64,000 nucleotides of DNA from a virus. Lineage: Duplodnaviria > Caudoviricetes. The stretch lies in the IMG/VR virus record IMGVR_UViG_3300028171_000090, positions 32,001 to 96,000 of that record. One strand, written 5' to 3'. The position numbers and the translations under genes are program-made. A model generated the notes under the pieces. That model saw nothing but the letters and a program-made list of their open reading frames with translations, had not been told where the DNA came from and ran no database searches. Position 1 is the first letter of the stretch. Each line of letters starts with the position of its first letter. Below, piece after piece: positions 27,835 through 37,114 of the stretch.

Positions 27835-29206
27835 GTAAAGATTTCGATGTTTCCATCTGACGGTAATTATGATTGTCTCTCGTCATATGAGTTGGTAGAT
27901 ATTCTTTAAAGTCTCCACCTATTATAGATGATACTTGATAGTACATAGCAGATGCATATCTACGTTTATTTTGTTGAGTTTTAATATATAACTCATCTAG
28001 ACCTTTTAACTCTTTTTCACATTGCTTAATATCTTCTAATAATAGCTTTTTCATACGAGGGTCTTTAATGGACTTCTCATGAGCTTTCAAGTATTTTAAT
28101 TGGTCTTTACAACGTGTGATTGAGTTAGGATGTACATATCCTAAGAACCCTACAATCTTAGACGTTGTATTAATAATATCAGTAGGTAGTGTTAATAACT
28201 GGAATGCGGCTGTCGAACCCTTTGTCGGGTACTTCATGTCGCTTCCAGCCGTTGTTCTACCAATGTCAAATTTTTTTTGTCCTGATATTATATCTTGACC
28301 ATATCCGAAGGACGTTGCAAAGTTATCAGCAAACTTCTCATTCTGGTATCCATCACCATTCGTAAACATTGCTAACGCAAACATCGGTAATGATGCAAAT
28401 GACATAGCAGCTTTTGTCACAATACCCGCCATATATTTAGAGAAGTATCTGATATGTTCATAGATATAGAAGAATGGAGCAAAGATACTTACCATTGCAA
28501 TACCAGCACCTTTTAGGTTATTAAGAGCTAAATCTAATTCAGCTAAAGATTTATTCTCACGGATAAAATTAGCCGCCGCAATACGTAATTTATCTCCACC
28601 TGGAATATAACTTGTTAGTGCCTGTGCTGTTAGGAGTTTATCTTTCAGCTTACCTTTATCGTTCATCAATTCTAATAGGATACTTTTCATAATAAAAATA
28701 CCTGATGTTAAACGATATGCTACAGATAACTCTCTATCATCGTAGTAGAAGTTATGACCGATTTCATGTAAGATGACGGCTAGATATTCACCTGCTGTTA
28801 ATCCGGCTAATGTAAACATTTCTAATCCACATACACAGTATAGTGTTTTATTAGAATCAGCGGTAAACTTGATAGTCTTTCCATCATTGATTCTTTTATT
28901 CTTTTTTGTTAAATCTTTTACAATATCATCGATATTGAATCGAGTGAGGATAGTATAAGCATTGGCATAACCCATAGCTCTCAGCTCAAGGATAGCTTCT
29001 TTAAAGCCAAATAGCTTACCTAAAATCTTCTCTACTTCTCTTATTTCCTTTATCATAGAGTTCGTAACGTTAGCGTGTGTACCATTAAATCCAGCTAACG
29101 CTTCTAATCGAATCTTCTCTAAATGCTCCTCACATTTTAATAAATCAGGATGTTTACCGAAATACGCTTCCGATAAAACTTGCTCTTGGACGGAACTATG
29201 TATCAT
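27824..29206 (-). CDS. Putative late/virion zinc metallopeptidase (HExxH)
   Basis: ILHEIGHNF, NEKFADNFATSFGYG; start moved to ATG 29206 after AAGGAGG; late motif upstream. Confidence 0.7.
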   Translation of the reverse strand: MIHSSVQEQVLSEAYFGKHPDLLKCEEHLEKIRLEALAGFNGTHANVTNSMIKEIREVEKILGKLFGFKEAILELRAMGYANAYTILTRFNIDDIVKDLTKKNKRINDGKTIKFTADSNKTLYCVCGLEMFTLAGLTAGEYLAVILHEIGHNFYYDDRELSVAYRLTSGIFIMKSILLELMNDKGKLKDKLLTAQALTSYIPGGDKLRIAAANFIRENKSLAELDLALNNLKGAGIAMVSIFAPFFYIYEHIRYFSKYMAGIVTKAAMSFASLPMFALAMFTNGDGYQNEKFADNFATSFGYGQDIISGQKKFDIGRTTAGSDMKYPTKGSTAAFQLLTLPTDIINTTSKIVGFLGYVHPNSITRCKDQLKYLKAHEKSIKDPRMKKLLLEDIKQCEKELKGLDELYIKTQQNKRRYASAMYYQVSSIIGGDFKEYLPTHMTRDNHNYRQMETSKSLQKK

Positions 29207-29239
29207 TTTAAATCCTCCTTTTGTTTTATTCAACCATGT

Positions 29240-29264
29240 TATCTAATTGTTTAACATCTAAATA
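29240..29264. promoter_or_regulatory. Back-to-back divergent AACA-N6-TA promoters
   Basis: TATCTAATTGTT-T-AACATCTAAATA. Confidence 0.65.
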
Positions 29265-29298
29265 AGCTTAGTATATAAAGAAAAGGGGGTAGTACTAC

Positions 29299-30468
29299 AT
29301 GGCGAAATCCACAAGTAGTAAGCTACTGGTAGAGACTCTCTATCCGACCGTTGACAAACATCTAAAGAACAAGGCTCATGTAAACGAGCTAGTAAAAGGT
29401 GCTAGACATTATCTTGATCGAAACTCGGATAAGATTTTCGACTCAGGACTAACGTATAAAGTTACATTCCTAAATCAGGATAAAGAAGTGATTATGAAGG
29501 GTGCAAACTTAACTGCCCTTGAAGTAAAGTCTACAATCCGTCAATCAGCCTACATTAAAGATAACTGGCGTATTATGACGGAACCGATTAACGTAACAAC
29601 AGCATTGATTGCTCGTTACTTTACATTGAATAAAATGGATGATGAATTACGTTTATTCTTAATCTTCTATTCATTCTACTTCTACTCATCTCTACATAAT
29701 AAATACTTTAAGTATGGGGTAGTGGAAAACGTTATGGGATATACGGTTAATAACTTATCGAATAAGTACCTATTAAAACGATACGGTTCTCTGTTTAAAT
29801 CCATTGAGCATATCGTTATGAAATCCCATGAAACATACAAAGACAGACTAATCAATGGAGAAGATGGTGACTTAGCCACTTATATCCAATCTATTAAAGT
29901 ACGTTTAAATGATATGGTGAAACATATCTCAAATGCGTATTATGATGACCATAGAGCAAAACAGTATCTAAACTTCGATAGTGATAACTACGATGAAGAT
30001 AACTTCCATTTAGCTGATAATAGCTCCTATGCAATACAGCGTATTGCCGATGGATGTGTTATCCGATTAAATACCTATGGTCCTGACATGAACTTTGCTA
30101 AACTTGCAGCTCGTATTAATAAAGTGAGTATTAGTGAGATTCGAAACGTTATTACGCATTTAGGTAATAACGAAACAGATGAGATTAAACGTATGTGCGA
30201 ATTAATCTTACAGTTATTCTTATTTGACAATGCAAATAAGGTAGAAGATGTTCGTTCTGACCGATTCTTCATGGAGTGTACAGAGCTGTACAAGAAGAGT
30301 AATACGAACGATAAAGTCGTATTAGAAATTAAAGCAATCCTAGACAGATGGCTGAAGAAGTATAGTGTCAAATATACGAAGTCAAATCGTGAAGCAACAC
30401 TATCGGACTTCCGTCGTGCAATCTTTATGTACTTTGTTATTCATATCCAGCAAAGTGCATCTTACTAG
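29299..30468 (+). CDS. Helical hypothetical protein
   Basis: 389 aa, RBS, late motif; no catalytic motif recognised. Confidence 0.75.
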   Translation: MAKSTSSKLLVETLYPTVDKHLKNKAHVNELVKGARHYLDRNSDKIFDSGLTYKVTFLNQDKEVIMKGANLTALEVKSTIRQSAYIKDNWRIMTEPINVTTALIARYFTLNKMDDELRLFLIFYSFYFYSSLHNKYFKYGVVENVMGYTVNNLSNKYLLKRYGSLFKSIEHIVMKSHETYKDRLINGEDGDLATYIQSIKVRLNDMVKHISNAYYDDHRAKQYLNFDSDNYDEDNFHLADNSSYAIQRIADGCVIRLNTYGPDMNFAKLAARINKVSISEIRNVITHLGNNETDEIKRMCELILQLFLFDNANKVEDVRSDRFFMECTELYKKSNTNDKVVLEIKAILDRWLKKYSVKYTKSNREATLSDFRRAIFMYFVIHIQQSASY

Positions 30469-30479
30469 GAGGTTAGATT

Positions 30480-31151
30480 ATGGAGATTAACAGTAACGAT
30501 AGATTTACTATGACACCTCAGGTGCCAAATTTATTAAATGATATGCAAGGGTTTACTATAACTGACAATGGACATTATGAGAATTATGTTGCAGCAAATA
30601 TGTTTAAAAATGATTCTAGTTCATATTTCCATCATATAACTTCAACCTCTGCAACAGTTGAAGTACGGGCACCATTTAAGATGAAATTCGATCACATTAT
30701 GATAGAACCTGCTACAAGCGAATATCATGCGCCGAATTTCACATTAACAAATGGGTTTACATCATATGGGACATGGTCACATAGTGCAGTAGCAAATGAA
30801 TCTCCAAGATTATATGATTTAGGACAAATAATAGAAACAAATTATTTATTCATGAATCTAAAGTCTGCAAAAGGTGATTCATATGTATTCCTACGGAATA
30901 TGCAATTTTATTTAAGTATAAACGAGTATCAGTTACTTGGTATGGATGGTAAATTATATGCGGTAACTGATAGTGGATTAGAAATGGTTTCACAAGATGT
31001 TGATAACACTTCAATAGAGACATTCAAATCAAAAGGTAAGCCTGTAAAACATCTTAATGGTAATGTGACCGTAAATGGTCAAACGATAAAAACCTTAGAT
31101 ATGATTAAGAATCAAACTGATAAATTTTCTATACACATGGTTAAGAAATAG
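30480..31151 (+). CDS. Putative galactose-binding/discoidin-like beta-sandwich protein
   Basis: N/T/S-rich beta pattern ending LRNMQFY; fold is a weak impression. Confidence 0.45.
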   Translation: MEINSNDRFTMTPQVPNLLNDMQGFTITDNGHYENYVAANMFKNDSSSYFHHITSTSATVEVRAPFKMKFDHIMIEPATSEYHAPNFTLTNGFTSYGTWSHSAVANESPRLYDLGQIIETNYLFMNLKSAKGDSYVFLRNMQFYLSINEYQLLGMDGKLYAVTDSGLEMVSQDVDNTSIETFKSKGKPVKHLNGNVTVNGQTIKTLDMIKNQTDKFSIHMVKK

Positions 31152-31191
31152 AATTCCGACATTACTATAATAGACTAAAGGAGGAATATTT

Positions 31192-31953
31192 ATGGCAATG
31201 ACGCCAGCAAAACGTAAGAAAATGGAAGACTTGATTTACGGGACTTTTAATATATTAGACAAGACAGGAAAGAATACGCAGAAGTATAAAGAACGTTATT
31301 CTAAAATGTCTAATGAGCAATTTGATAAAGAGATGAAGAAGTTCTTAAATAATCCAGATGCTTACTTCTATCTGGAGATTGAACCATACGCTGTAGAGGT
31401 ATCGATGAAGGAAGCGCAGAAAGCGGCAGACTTCTTAAAAGTGCCTTTATTCGAACATGTTATCATGCCATTTGCTAATCCCGAAGGTGACCCAGTTGTT
31501 ACACAGCAACCGGTACTAACAGGATACATTCATATTAAACGTGTACAGCAAATGGTATCGAAAAAGAATAGTATGTCTATTCATATTGGTCAACGTAATC
31601 CGAAGACTGGTATGGTTAGTGGTGACGATAAGAATGCTCGTGCATCTGACGTTGAGAATATCGCTCTTATTGCGGTAGGGGCAAAAGATTCTATGAAGGA
31701 ATTAATCGGAGCACGTTCCGACGACCTTCGTGCAAAAACAGAAATGTTGAAACGTATTAAAGATGACGGGTATGTGAGTCTTGAGGATATCCCTTCTAAT
31801 AAAACGGATAAGGTAGCATTAAATACTTTAGATGTATTCTTTACATGTGCAGGATTAAAAACAAACCTTGTTACAGATGGTTTAGCATTACCTCGCACAT
31901 TGAATAATCTAAATAAAGATGTAAGTTCTATATCTGCGAAGTACAATAAATAA
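31192..31953 (+). CDS. rpoB: Multisubunit RNA polymerase beta subunit, stand-alone extreme C-terminal fragment (probably virion RNAP)
   Basis: VLTGYIHIKRVQQMVSKKNSM...ARASDVENIALIAVGA aligns with RpoB VGYMYMLKLxH...QRxGEMEVWALEAYGA. Confidence 0.75.
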   Translation: MAMTPAKRKKMEDLIYGTFNILDKTGKNTQKYKERYSKMSNEQFDKEMKKFLNNPDAYFYLEIEPYAVEVSMKEAQKAADFLKVPLFEHVIMPFANPEGDPVVTQQPVLTGYIHIKRVQQMVSKKNSMSIHIGQRNPKTGMVSGDDKNARASDVENIALIAVGAKDSMKELIGARSDDLRAKTEMLKRIKDDGYVSLEDIPSNKTDKVALNTLDVFFTCAGLKTNLVTDGLALPRTLNNLNKDVSSISAKYNK

Positions 31954-31966
31954 ATACTATTGCAGT

Positions 31967-31978
31967 AACATCTTAATA
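31967..31978 (+). promoter_or_regulatory. Putative late promoter AACA-N6-TA
   Basis: AACATCTTAATA. Confidence 0.55.
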
Positions 31979-32009
31979 GCTAACCATAAAGAGAAAGGAG
32001 GAGAAACAC

Positions 32010-32150
32010 ATGCCTGAACAAGGAGAATGGCAAATGCTAACTGAAGTAGCATGGGGTGAGGTCGGTATCGACCCAAACAAAGTAGCAGAACTTACTGATG
32101 AAGAAAAAGAAAAGCTACGTAAACAAGGATTACTGAAAGATAAAGAGTAG
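32010..32150 (+). CDS. 46-aa small protein (below ORF-track cutoff)
   Basis: MPEQGEWQMLTEVAWGEVGIDPNKVAELTDEEKEKLRKQGLLKDKE; own promoter motif, AAAGGAGG RBS and terminator. Confidence 0.75.
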   Translation: MPEQGEWQMLTEVAWGEVGIDPNKVAELTDEEKEKLRKQGLLKDKE

Positions 32151-32178
32151 GGCTTATGCCTTACTCTTTATTTTTTTA
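32141..32178 (+). terminator. Intrinsic terminator
   Basis: TAAAGAGTAGGGC-TTAT-GCCTTACTCTTTA plus T-tract. Confidence 0.8.
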
Positions 32179-32196
32179 TCATGAGGAGGAGAAACG

Positions 32197-33309
32197 ATGT
32201 ATTACGATTATGAAACTTCAAATAAATCATTTACAGATTTAGTAGAGAAAATGAAGAAACGAGGACATAATGTAGAATTTATTCTACAATTAAATGACAA
32301 GGATTTAGTCCATGTGGACCCATTTAATCCAACCCTCGATGAAGTTATGCAGAATAAAATTATAAATGAAGTGGAACGAAACTTCTGGTACTTTGCACGT
32401 GAAGTTGCACGTATTCCTACATTTGAAAAAGGTGTTACTCGACCGGTAACAGCTCATAGAGGAAATATTGCGTTATGGTCGATTATGCAACATGGATTTA
32501 ATGTATATAGTGAATTGCCTAGACAATTAGGAAATACAATGAATACCGCAGTATTTGTAACATGGAAAAATATTTGTGAAACTAAGTTTATAACTAGTTG
32601 TGTATCGGATAGCCCTAATAATGCTATGCATAATATTAATCGTATGCAAAAATTATATAATATTCTTCCTAACTATTTTATTGATATAGCAGGCTATATG
32701 ACTTCACATAATCCAACACAAGCTACACTTGTAGAAAAAGGGAATACAGTATATGTTGATTATTTGGATAGTGAGCATGTATCACCTGGTGCAATCCGAG
32801 TAGAAGCTGAGAGAAATGAAAGTAACATCAAATGGATTGATCACTTTACATACTTAGCTTACAATGATCTTATTCTTGATATATATTTAACAGATTGTCA
32901 TCATAAGAGTACTCGTCAAGTTGTATTAACATCCTCTATCGGCTTTGATAATGATAGACGTGATGTAGCAGCTCAAAGACTGATTATGGGTTCATTGAAA
33001 TTCGATGAGTCGATGTACGATATGACAATCCATCAGTTACAGAAAGAGTTAGAAAAATATCCAAGTCAAATGATTTACATTACATTTAACCCATTGGAAA
33101 TGGACATGGATGAGAAATATATTTTAGAACAAATTCCAGCTATGTGTGGAGATTTATATTCTATTATGAAAGAAATCTTTATGCAACGTCCAAGTCATAG
33201 CTTAATTAATTCTGTAAAACATATGAAAGAAAAAGGTGTCCCAGACCATGTAATTGAGAAAGTAATTGCACGATATGTCGAAGATATGACGGTGAAGTAC
33301 GATGATTAG
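32197..33309 (+). CDS. Degenerate paralog of the phiKZ-type large terminase ATPase domain
   Basis: YYDYETSNKSF, VDPFNP, NFWYFAREVARIP, HRGNIALW match the phiKZ-like TerL N-terminus as I recall it; Walker A PRQLGNT (no Lys), Walker B WIDH; no nuclease domain. Confidence 0.7.
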   Translation: MYYDYETSNKSFTDLVEKMKKRGHNVEFILQLNDKDLVHVDPFNPTLDEVMQNKIINEVERNFWYFAREVARIPTFEKGVTRPVTAHRGNIALWSIMQHGFNVYSELPRQLGNTMNTAVFVTWKNICETKFITSCVSDSPNNAMHNINRMQKLYNILPNYFIDIAGYMTSHNPTQATLVEKGNTVYVDYLDSEHVSPGAIRVEAERNESNIKWIDHFTYLAYNDLILDIYLTDCHHKSTRQVVLTSSIGFDNDRRDVAAQRLIMGSLKFDESMYDMTIHQLQKELEKYPSQMIYITFNPLEMDMDEKYILEQIPAMCGDLYSIMKEIFMQRPSHSLINSVKHMKEKGVPDHVIEKVIARYVEDMTVKYDD

Positions 33310-33724
33310 TCATGTAGTATTTTGCACATTGTTTATTACTCAATTCGTGGGACATCGGATAGGTGACTATCTATTACAAACAAATACGCAAGCATTAAAG
33401 AAAACAACAGATGAGGACGCGCTAATTCGTCATTGTCTAGTATACTCAATAACTATTGCGTTACTAGTTCTAGCAATGTTTAACTGGAAATATGCCTTAG
33501 TCGTATTATTCCTAACATTAGCTGAGCATCTATTTATTGATACACGTAAACCAGTTATCTGGTGGAAGATGTTAATCGAGAAACATATAGCTAGAAATAA
33601 AAACTTCAAAATCGAAGATTTACCATTCTTCGTAATGATTGAAGTAGACCAGTCTATACATCTCGTTAGAATCTTCTTAATCTCATTAATATTAGCCCAC
33701 CCAATCGCATGGTTGACGCTATAA
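33302..33724 (+). CDS. DUF3307-like membrane protein
   Basis: HRIGDYLLQT, H..VY, EHLFID, DQSIH. Confidence 0.75.
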   Translation: MISHVVFCTLFITQFVGHRIGDYLLQTNTQALKKTTDEDALIRHCLVYSITIALLVLAMFNWKYALVVLFLTLAEHLFIDTRKPVIWWKMLIEKHIARNKNFKIEDLPFFVMIEVDQSIHLVRIFLISLILAHPIAWLTL

Positions 33725-33894
33725 TTTCATGTATCGTATTCCATATATGTGGAGTCGGTACAGCAGCGGGAATCTATTGGATCGGCAAACTGAATAAGTT
33801 TGAACGAGCTGGGAAATGGGTATCAATTACATATCTTGTATTATTAGTGATGCAAGATATTGTGCATATTGTATTATGGGGGCTTAATATATAA
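33709..33894 (+). CDS. Small two-TM protein
   Basis: 61 aa, two hydrophobic segments. Confidence 0.55.
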   Translation: MVDAIISCIVFHICGVGTAAGIYWIGKLNKFERAGKWVSITYLVLLVMQDIVHIVLWGLNI

Positions 33895-34073
33895 TGACAC
33901 TCAAAGGATTTCTATTGCTATTATTATTTATAGCATTCTTATTTGAAGTATGGATAATTAAAATTATGCACGATATAGGTATGGGTGGATTTAAGGTAGC
34001 ATTTGCTATAATAGCGTTAGCTACACTATTCTTACTACTTTGTGGCTTATTCGTTGCAGTATTTATGATGTAG
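33894..34073 (+). CDS. Small two-TM protein (59 aa, not in ORF track)
   Basis: MTLKGFLLLLLFIAFLFEVWIIKIMHDIGMGGFKVAFAIIALATLFLLLCGLFVAVFMM; TAATG coupling. Confidence 0.65.
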   Translation: MTLKGFLLLLLFIAFLFEVWIIKIMHDIGMGGFKVAFAIIALATLFLLLCGLFVAVFMM

Positions 34074-34101
34074 AGCTTATTGCTCTACATCTTTTTATTT
34101 T
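34067..34101 (+). terminator. Intrinsic terminator
   Basis: GATGTAGAGC-N5-GCTCTACATC plus T-tract. Confidence 0.75.
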
Positions 34102-34115
34102 GAGGAGGAATTCAC

Positions 34116-34304
34116 ATGGCAAAAGATTTATTTATTGCAGCTATAATATTAATGGTTTGTACACTGTACGCGCTTTATCTTGAAGTGACAGGTAAGCATG
34201 TCTTTAATCGATTTATATTACCTATATTATTAATTGTCTTTCCTGTCCTTAGTTTAATCTTTCTTCAAGTATCATGGATGATACTTATAAGAGGAGGTAA
34301 TTAA
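34116..34304 (+). CDS. Small two-TM protein
   Basis: 62 aa, GAGGAGG RBS. Confidence 0.7.
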   Translation: MAKDLFIAAIILMVCTLYALYLEVTGKHVFNRFILPILLIVFPVLSLIFLQVSWMILIRGGN

Positions 34305-34305
34305 A

Positions 34306-34485
34306 ATGAAAATAATTGTGTACATTATATTGGAAATACTATCCATATTTGCATTCGGGCTGAATTGTTATTTTATATGGACAGTACGGAATAAAAATAA
34401 ATTAGAATTAGCGTCACTAATCGTTACGCTACTATTAACGATCTTATTTATAAAAGGGATTACTTCGTTAATAGTAAATTACTAG
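34306..34485 (+). CDS. Small two-TM protein (59 aa, not in ORF track)
   Basis: MKIIVYIILEILSIFAFGLNCYFIWTVRNKNKLELASLIVTLLLTILFIKGITSLIVNY; GAGGAGGT RBS. Confidence 0.7.
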   Translation: MKIIVYIILEILSIFAFGLNCYFIWTVRNKNKLELASLIVTLLLTILFIKGITSLIVNY

Positions 34486-34497
34486 GAGGATAATAAA

Positions 34498-34728
34498 ATG
34501 ACAAAAACAGGAAAAGACTTATTAGCACATGTGGTAACTATAACAGAAGGAGAGTATGAAGGTGCTGGAGGTTATATCTCTAAATATGTACCGAAGAAGA
34601 AATCCGAAACAGGAGAAGCTTATTATGAAGCTTGGGTTACCCATAAAGGACAGCTTGCACATGTTGCAGTATATCCTAACGAATTTGAAGTTCGAAGCAG
34701 TAGCCCACTACCATGGGTGTCTCGATAA
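34498..34728 (+). CDS. Small beta-barrel (SH3/KOW-like) protein
   Basis: VVTITEGEYEGAGGYI pattern; RBS. Confidence 0.55.
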   Translation: MTKTGKDLLAHVVTITEGEYEGAGGYISKYVPKKKSETGEAYYEAWVTHKGQLAHVAVYPNEFEVRSSSPLPWVSR

Positions 34729-34748
34729 TAATTGAAAAAGTATACGAC

Positions 34749-34767
34749 TATATATTATATAGGTGAG
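34749..34767 (+). promoter_or_regulatory. Putative early promoter
   Basis: TATATATTATATAGGTGAG. Confidence 0.75.
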
Positions 34768-34799
34768 AAACCAATACATTATATAAGGGAGAGTTTTGA

Positions 34800-35489
34800 A
34801 TGAGAAACTTAGCAGATACTTTAAAAATTAGTGAACCAGGAGTTCACGTAATAGCAGGAGCAGTAGGTGACAGATTAACAACGTCTGCCCTACACCTTGC
34901 ATTGGAAATGGCATCTAAATTAGAGCATAAAGAAGGACAGAAACGTCCAGCAATTATCCTATTTACAAGAGACTTAGGAGCACACGACTTCATGAAGTAT
35001 GTATCAGACGAAGGTCAATACCCTAATGTATTGAACCGTATACATGAAAAGAATGTCGATATGTTATTCTTTAATACATATGATAGAGTATTAAAAGATT
35101 TAGAGTATGAAATCTTAAACGCGGCAAATACGTATGATATTAAAGCAATCATAACAGATGCGATTGTTTCCCTACGAGGAGAAGAAGAATCACGAGCATT
35201 GTTAGATACAATTGTATTTGCACATTCAATGAGAAAGCAATTTGATATACCTGTTACGATAGGTGTACGTATTAACTTAGCACAAGCTAAAACATTGATT
35301 CATGTACATGATGAGATTCGTAGTATTGGTAAGATACCTCATAACTACGATGTAGATACAGCTCTACGATTCATGTCTCATCATGAGTTACTAGATATTC
35401 ATTTTAGTAAATCGAATGAATTAGGTGGACAGCCACCATTAACAATCAATACAAATAAAGAATTCACATTTACAGCGGAGGAGTTTTAA
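34800..35489 (+). CDS. Degenerate DnaB/RecA-fold protein 1 (no Walker A Lys)
   Basis: PGVHVIAGAVGDRLTT, RPAIILFT, IKAIITD, DIPVTIG align to DnaB at 12704. Confidence 0.7.
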   Translation: MRNLADTLKISEPGVHVIAGAVGDRLTTSALHLALEMASKLEHKEGQKRPAIILFTRDLGAHDFMKYVSDEGQYPNVLNRIHEKNVDMLFFNTYDRVLKDLEYEILNAANTYDIKAIITDAIVSLRGEEESRALLDTIVFAHSMRKQFDIPVTIGVRINLAQAKTLIHVHDEIRSIGKIPHNYDVDTALRFMSHHELLDIHFSKSNELGGQPPLTINTNKEFTFTAEEF

Positions 35490-35490
35490 T

Positions 35491-36120
35491 ATGCAAATCA
35501 CATTAACGAACTATCCAAAAATATTCTTTGATACACCTGGGTTACATGTAATAGTGGCTCATACTACAAACAAAGAAAATGTAGAAAAATTTATGATAAA
35601 TGTGGCAGCACAATTCCTAAACATGCATGTTACACCTGACGATAAACCGTTTACTGTAGTAGGTCCTATGTACCATAATTGGGAAGATCGTTTAAATAAA
35701 TTAGGACAAGAGAATCGATTCATGTATGATCGTTTTATGGAATCCTACAATCCATTCGCTTCAGTTAAGTCTGATTTTATCAGTCAGTCTGAAGAACCTG
35801 GTGTAACAAATTATCGTGCAGGAGTAGCAAATGCTTTTATGAGTTTGACACACGGTAACAACTGGGGTATGCAAACAAGTGAGGATGCTCTTGACCGTCT
35901 GCATGAGATGGCAATGAAGCATAATATCCCACTTGTACTACCAGCGCTTATTGATCCAACAGTATTGGATATTACGAGTAAATCATTCTTAAAGAAATAT
36001 GAGAGTGTATTATTAATGCCAAGACCCAAAGATAATTTCCATCCAATCATGCCGTTCTACCATAAGACATTGACCGAAGGTGAAATGTTATATATTAATA
36101 CGGCTGAATACTTATTTTAA
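35491..36120 (+). CDS. Degenerate DnaB/RecA-fold protein 2
   Basis: PGLHVIVAH, LHEMAMKHNIPLVL. Confidence 0.6.
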   Translation: MQITLTNYPKIFFDTPGLHVIVAHTTNKENVEKFMINVAAQFLNMHVTPDDKPFTVVGPMYHNWEDRLNKLGQENRFMYDRFMESYNPFASVKSDFISQSEEPGVTNYRAGVANAFMSLTHGNNWGMQTSEDALDRLHEMAMKHNIPLVLPALIDPTVLDITSKSFLKKYESVLLMPRPKDNFHPIMPFYHKTLTEGEMLYINTAEYLF

Positions 36121-36126
36121 TTACTA

Positions 36127-36161
36127 TAACCCTAGCAGATAGCTAGGGTTACTTTTATTTG
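36127..36161 (+). terminator. Intrinsic terminator
   Basis: TAACCCTAGC-N5-GCTAGGGTTA plus T-tract. Confidence 0.8.
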
Positions 36162-36174
36162 AGGGGGATTTATT

Positions 36175-36648
36175 ATGTTAAAAGTTTCAAGATTTCATAA
36201 TACAAATTGTGTTATCGGTGGTGATAAGATTGAAGGTCTTATGGCAATAAAAAGCGACATCGGCATGTTTGATACGTACGCTGCTTTATTGCGAGATATT
36301 TTAGAATCGAATCCTGATGTTAAAGCAGACGAGGGTAAAATACCTCTGATACTAATTGTAACAGATGGTGAATTTACTAGATTATATGAAACTAGAACTC
36401 ATATTCATATTAAGACAATCATTGCAGACTTCTCAGCAGATATTAAATATATCGACTATATCAACGAAGTATTAACGACTGTGGAAGAGTATAAGAATTA
36501 CCAATTGATTAGCGTATTTATGGATGCACAGATGGCTGATATCGATGACTGTTTAGATATTCGACAAGAATATCCAGACATTCCAATCCTAGTAACAAAT
36601 TCAAGATATATAACAGAGGAGGATATAAAGAATGCTCAAAATAAATAA
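36175..36648 (+). CDS. Degenerate, shortened DnaB-fold protein 3
   Basis: EGKIPLILIVT, YQLISVFMD, DIPILVTN. Confidence 0.6.
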   Translation: MLKVSRFHNTNCVIGGDKIEGLMAIKSDIGMFDTYAALLRDILESNPDVKADEGKIPLILIVTDGEFTRLYETRTHIHIKTIIADFSADIKYIDYINEVLTTVEEYKNYQLISVFMDAQMADIDDCLDIRQEYPDIPILVTNSRYITEEDIKNAQNK

Positions 36649-37084
36649 TGTTTATTTACAAGAAACTTTCTTTAAAGGTGAAAAAGAAGTGGATGGATTA
36701 TTCCTAATGGAGCAATTCTTATTCCATGAAGATATATTATCTATTGCTGATGACATCATCAAGTCGAATAGAGAAGTGAAAGTAGATGAGGGTAAAATAC
36801 CTTTACTATTAGTTATCGTACAAGATGACGAAGATGAAATATTAGAAATGATTCACGAGGATGAACCTATTCATGTGAAGACTATTCGTTCAAAGGTAAC
36901 CCCTCTTGATGTAGATAAATACAGTGAGCAAATCACAGAAGCAATGCAAAAAGATGAATTTAAATTATATCAATTAATCGGTATCCTTATCGACGATATG
37001 ATGATTGACTTCGAAGATTGTGTTGATATATCTAGTGTATTTGAATATCTGCCAATCATGGTTGCAGATTCAGCATTACTATAA
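36632..37084 (+). CDS. Degenerate, shortened DnaB-fold protein 4 (close paralog of 3)
   Basis: EGKIPLLLVIV, YQLIGILID, LPIMVA. Confidence 0.6.
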   Translation: MLKINNVYLQETFFKGEKEVDGLFLMEQFLFHEDILSIADDIIKSNREVKVDEGKIPLLLVIVQDDEDEILEMIHEDEPIHVKTIRSKVTPLDVDKYSEQITEAMQKDEFKLYQLIGILIDDMMIDFEDCVDISSVFEYLPIMVADSALL

Positions 37085-37114
37085 AACTAAATTATATTAA
37101 GGGAGAGAATAATA

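Noticed and set aside
32197-33309. Terminase-like gene as a pseudogene
   Set aside because: ORF intact with a strong RBS and no frameshift; treated as a retained pseudo-enzyme
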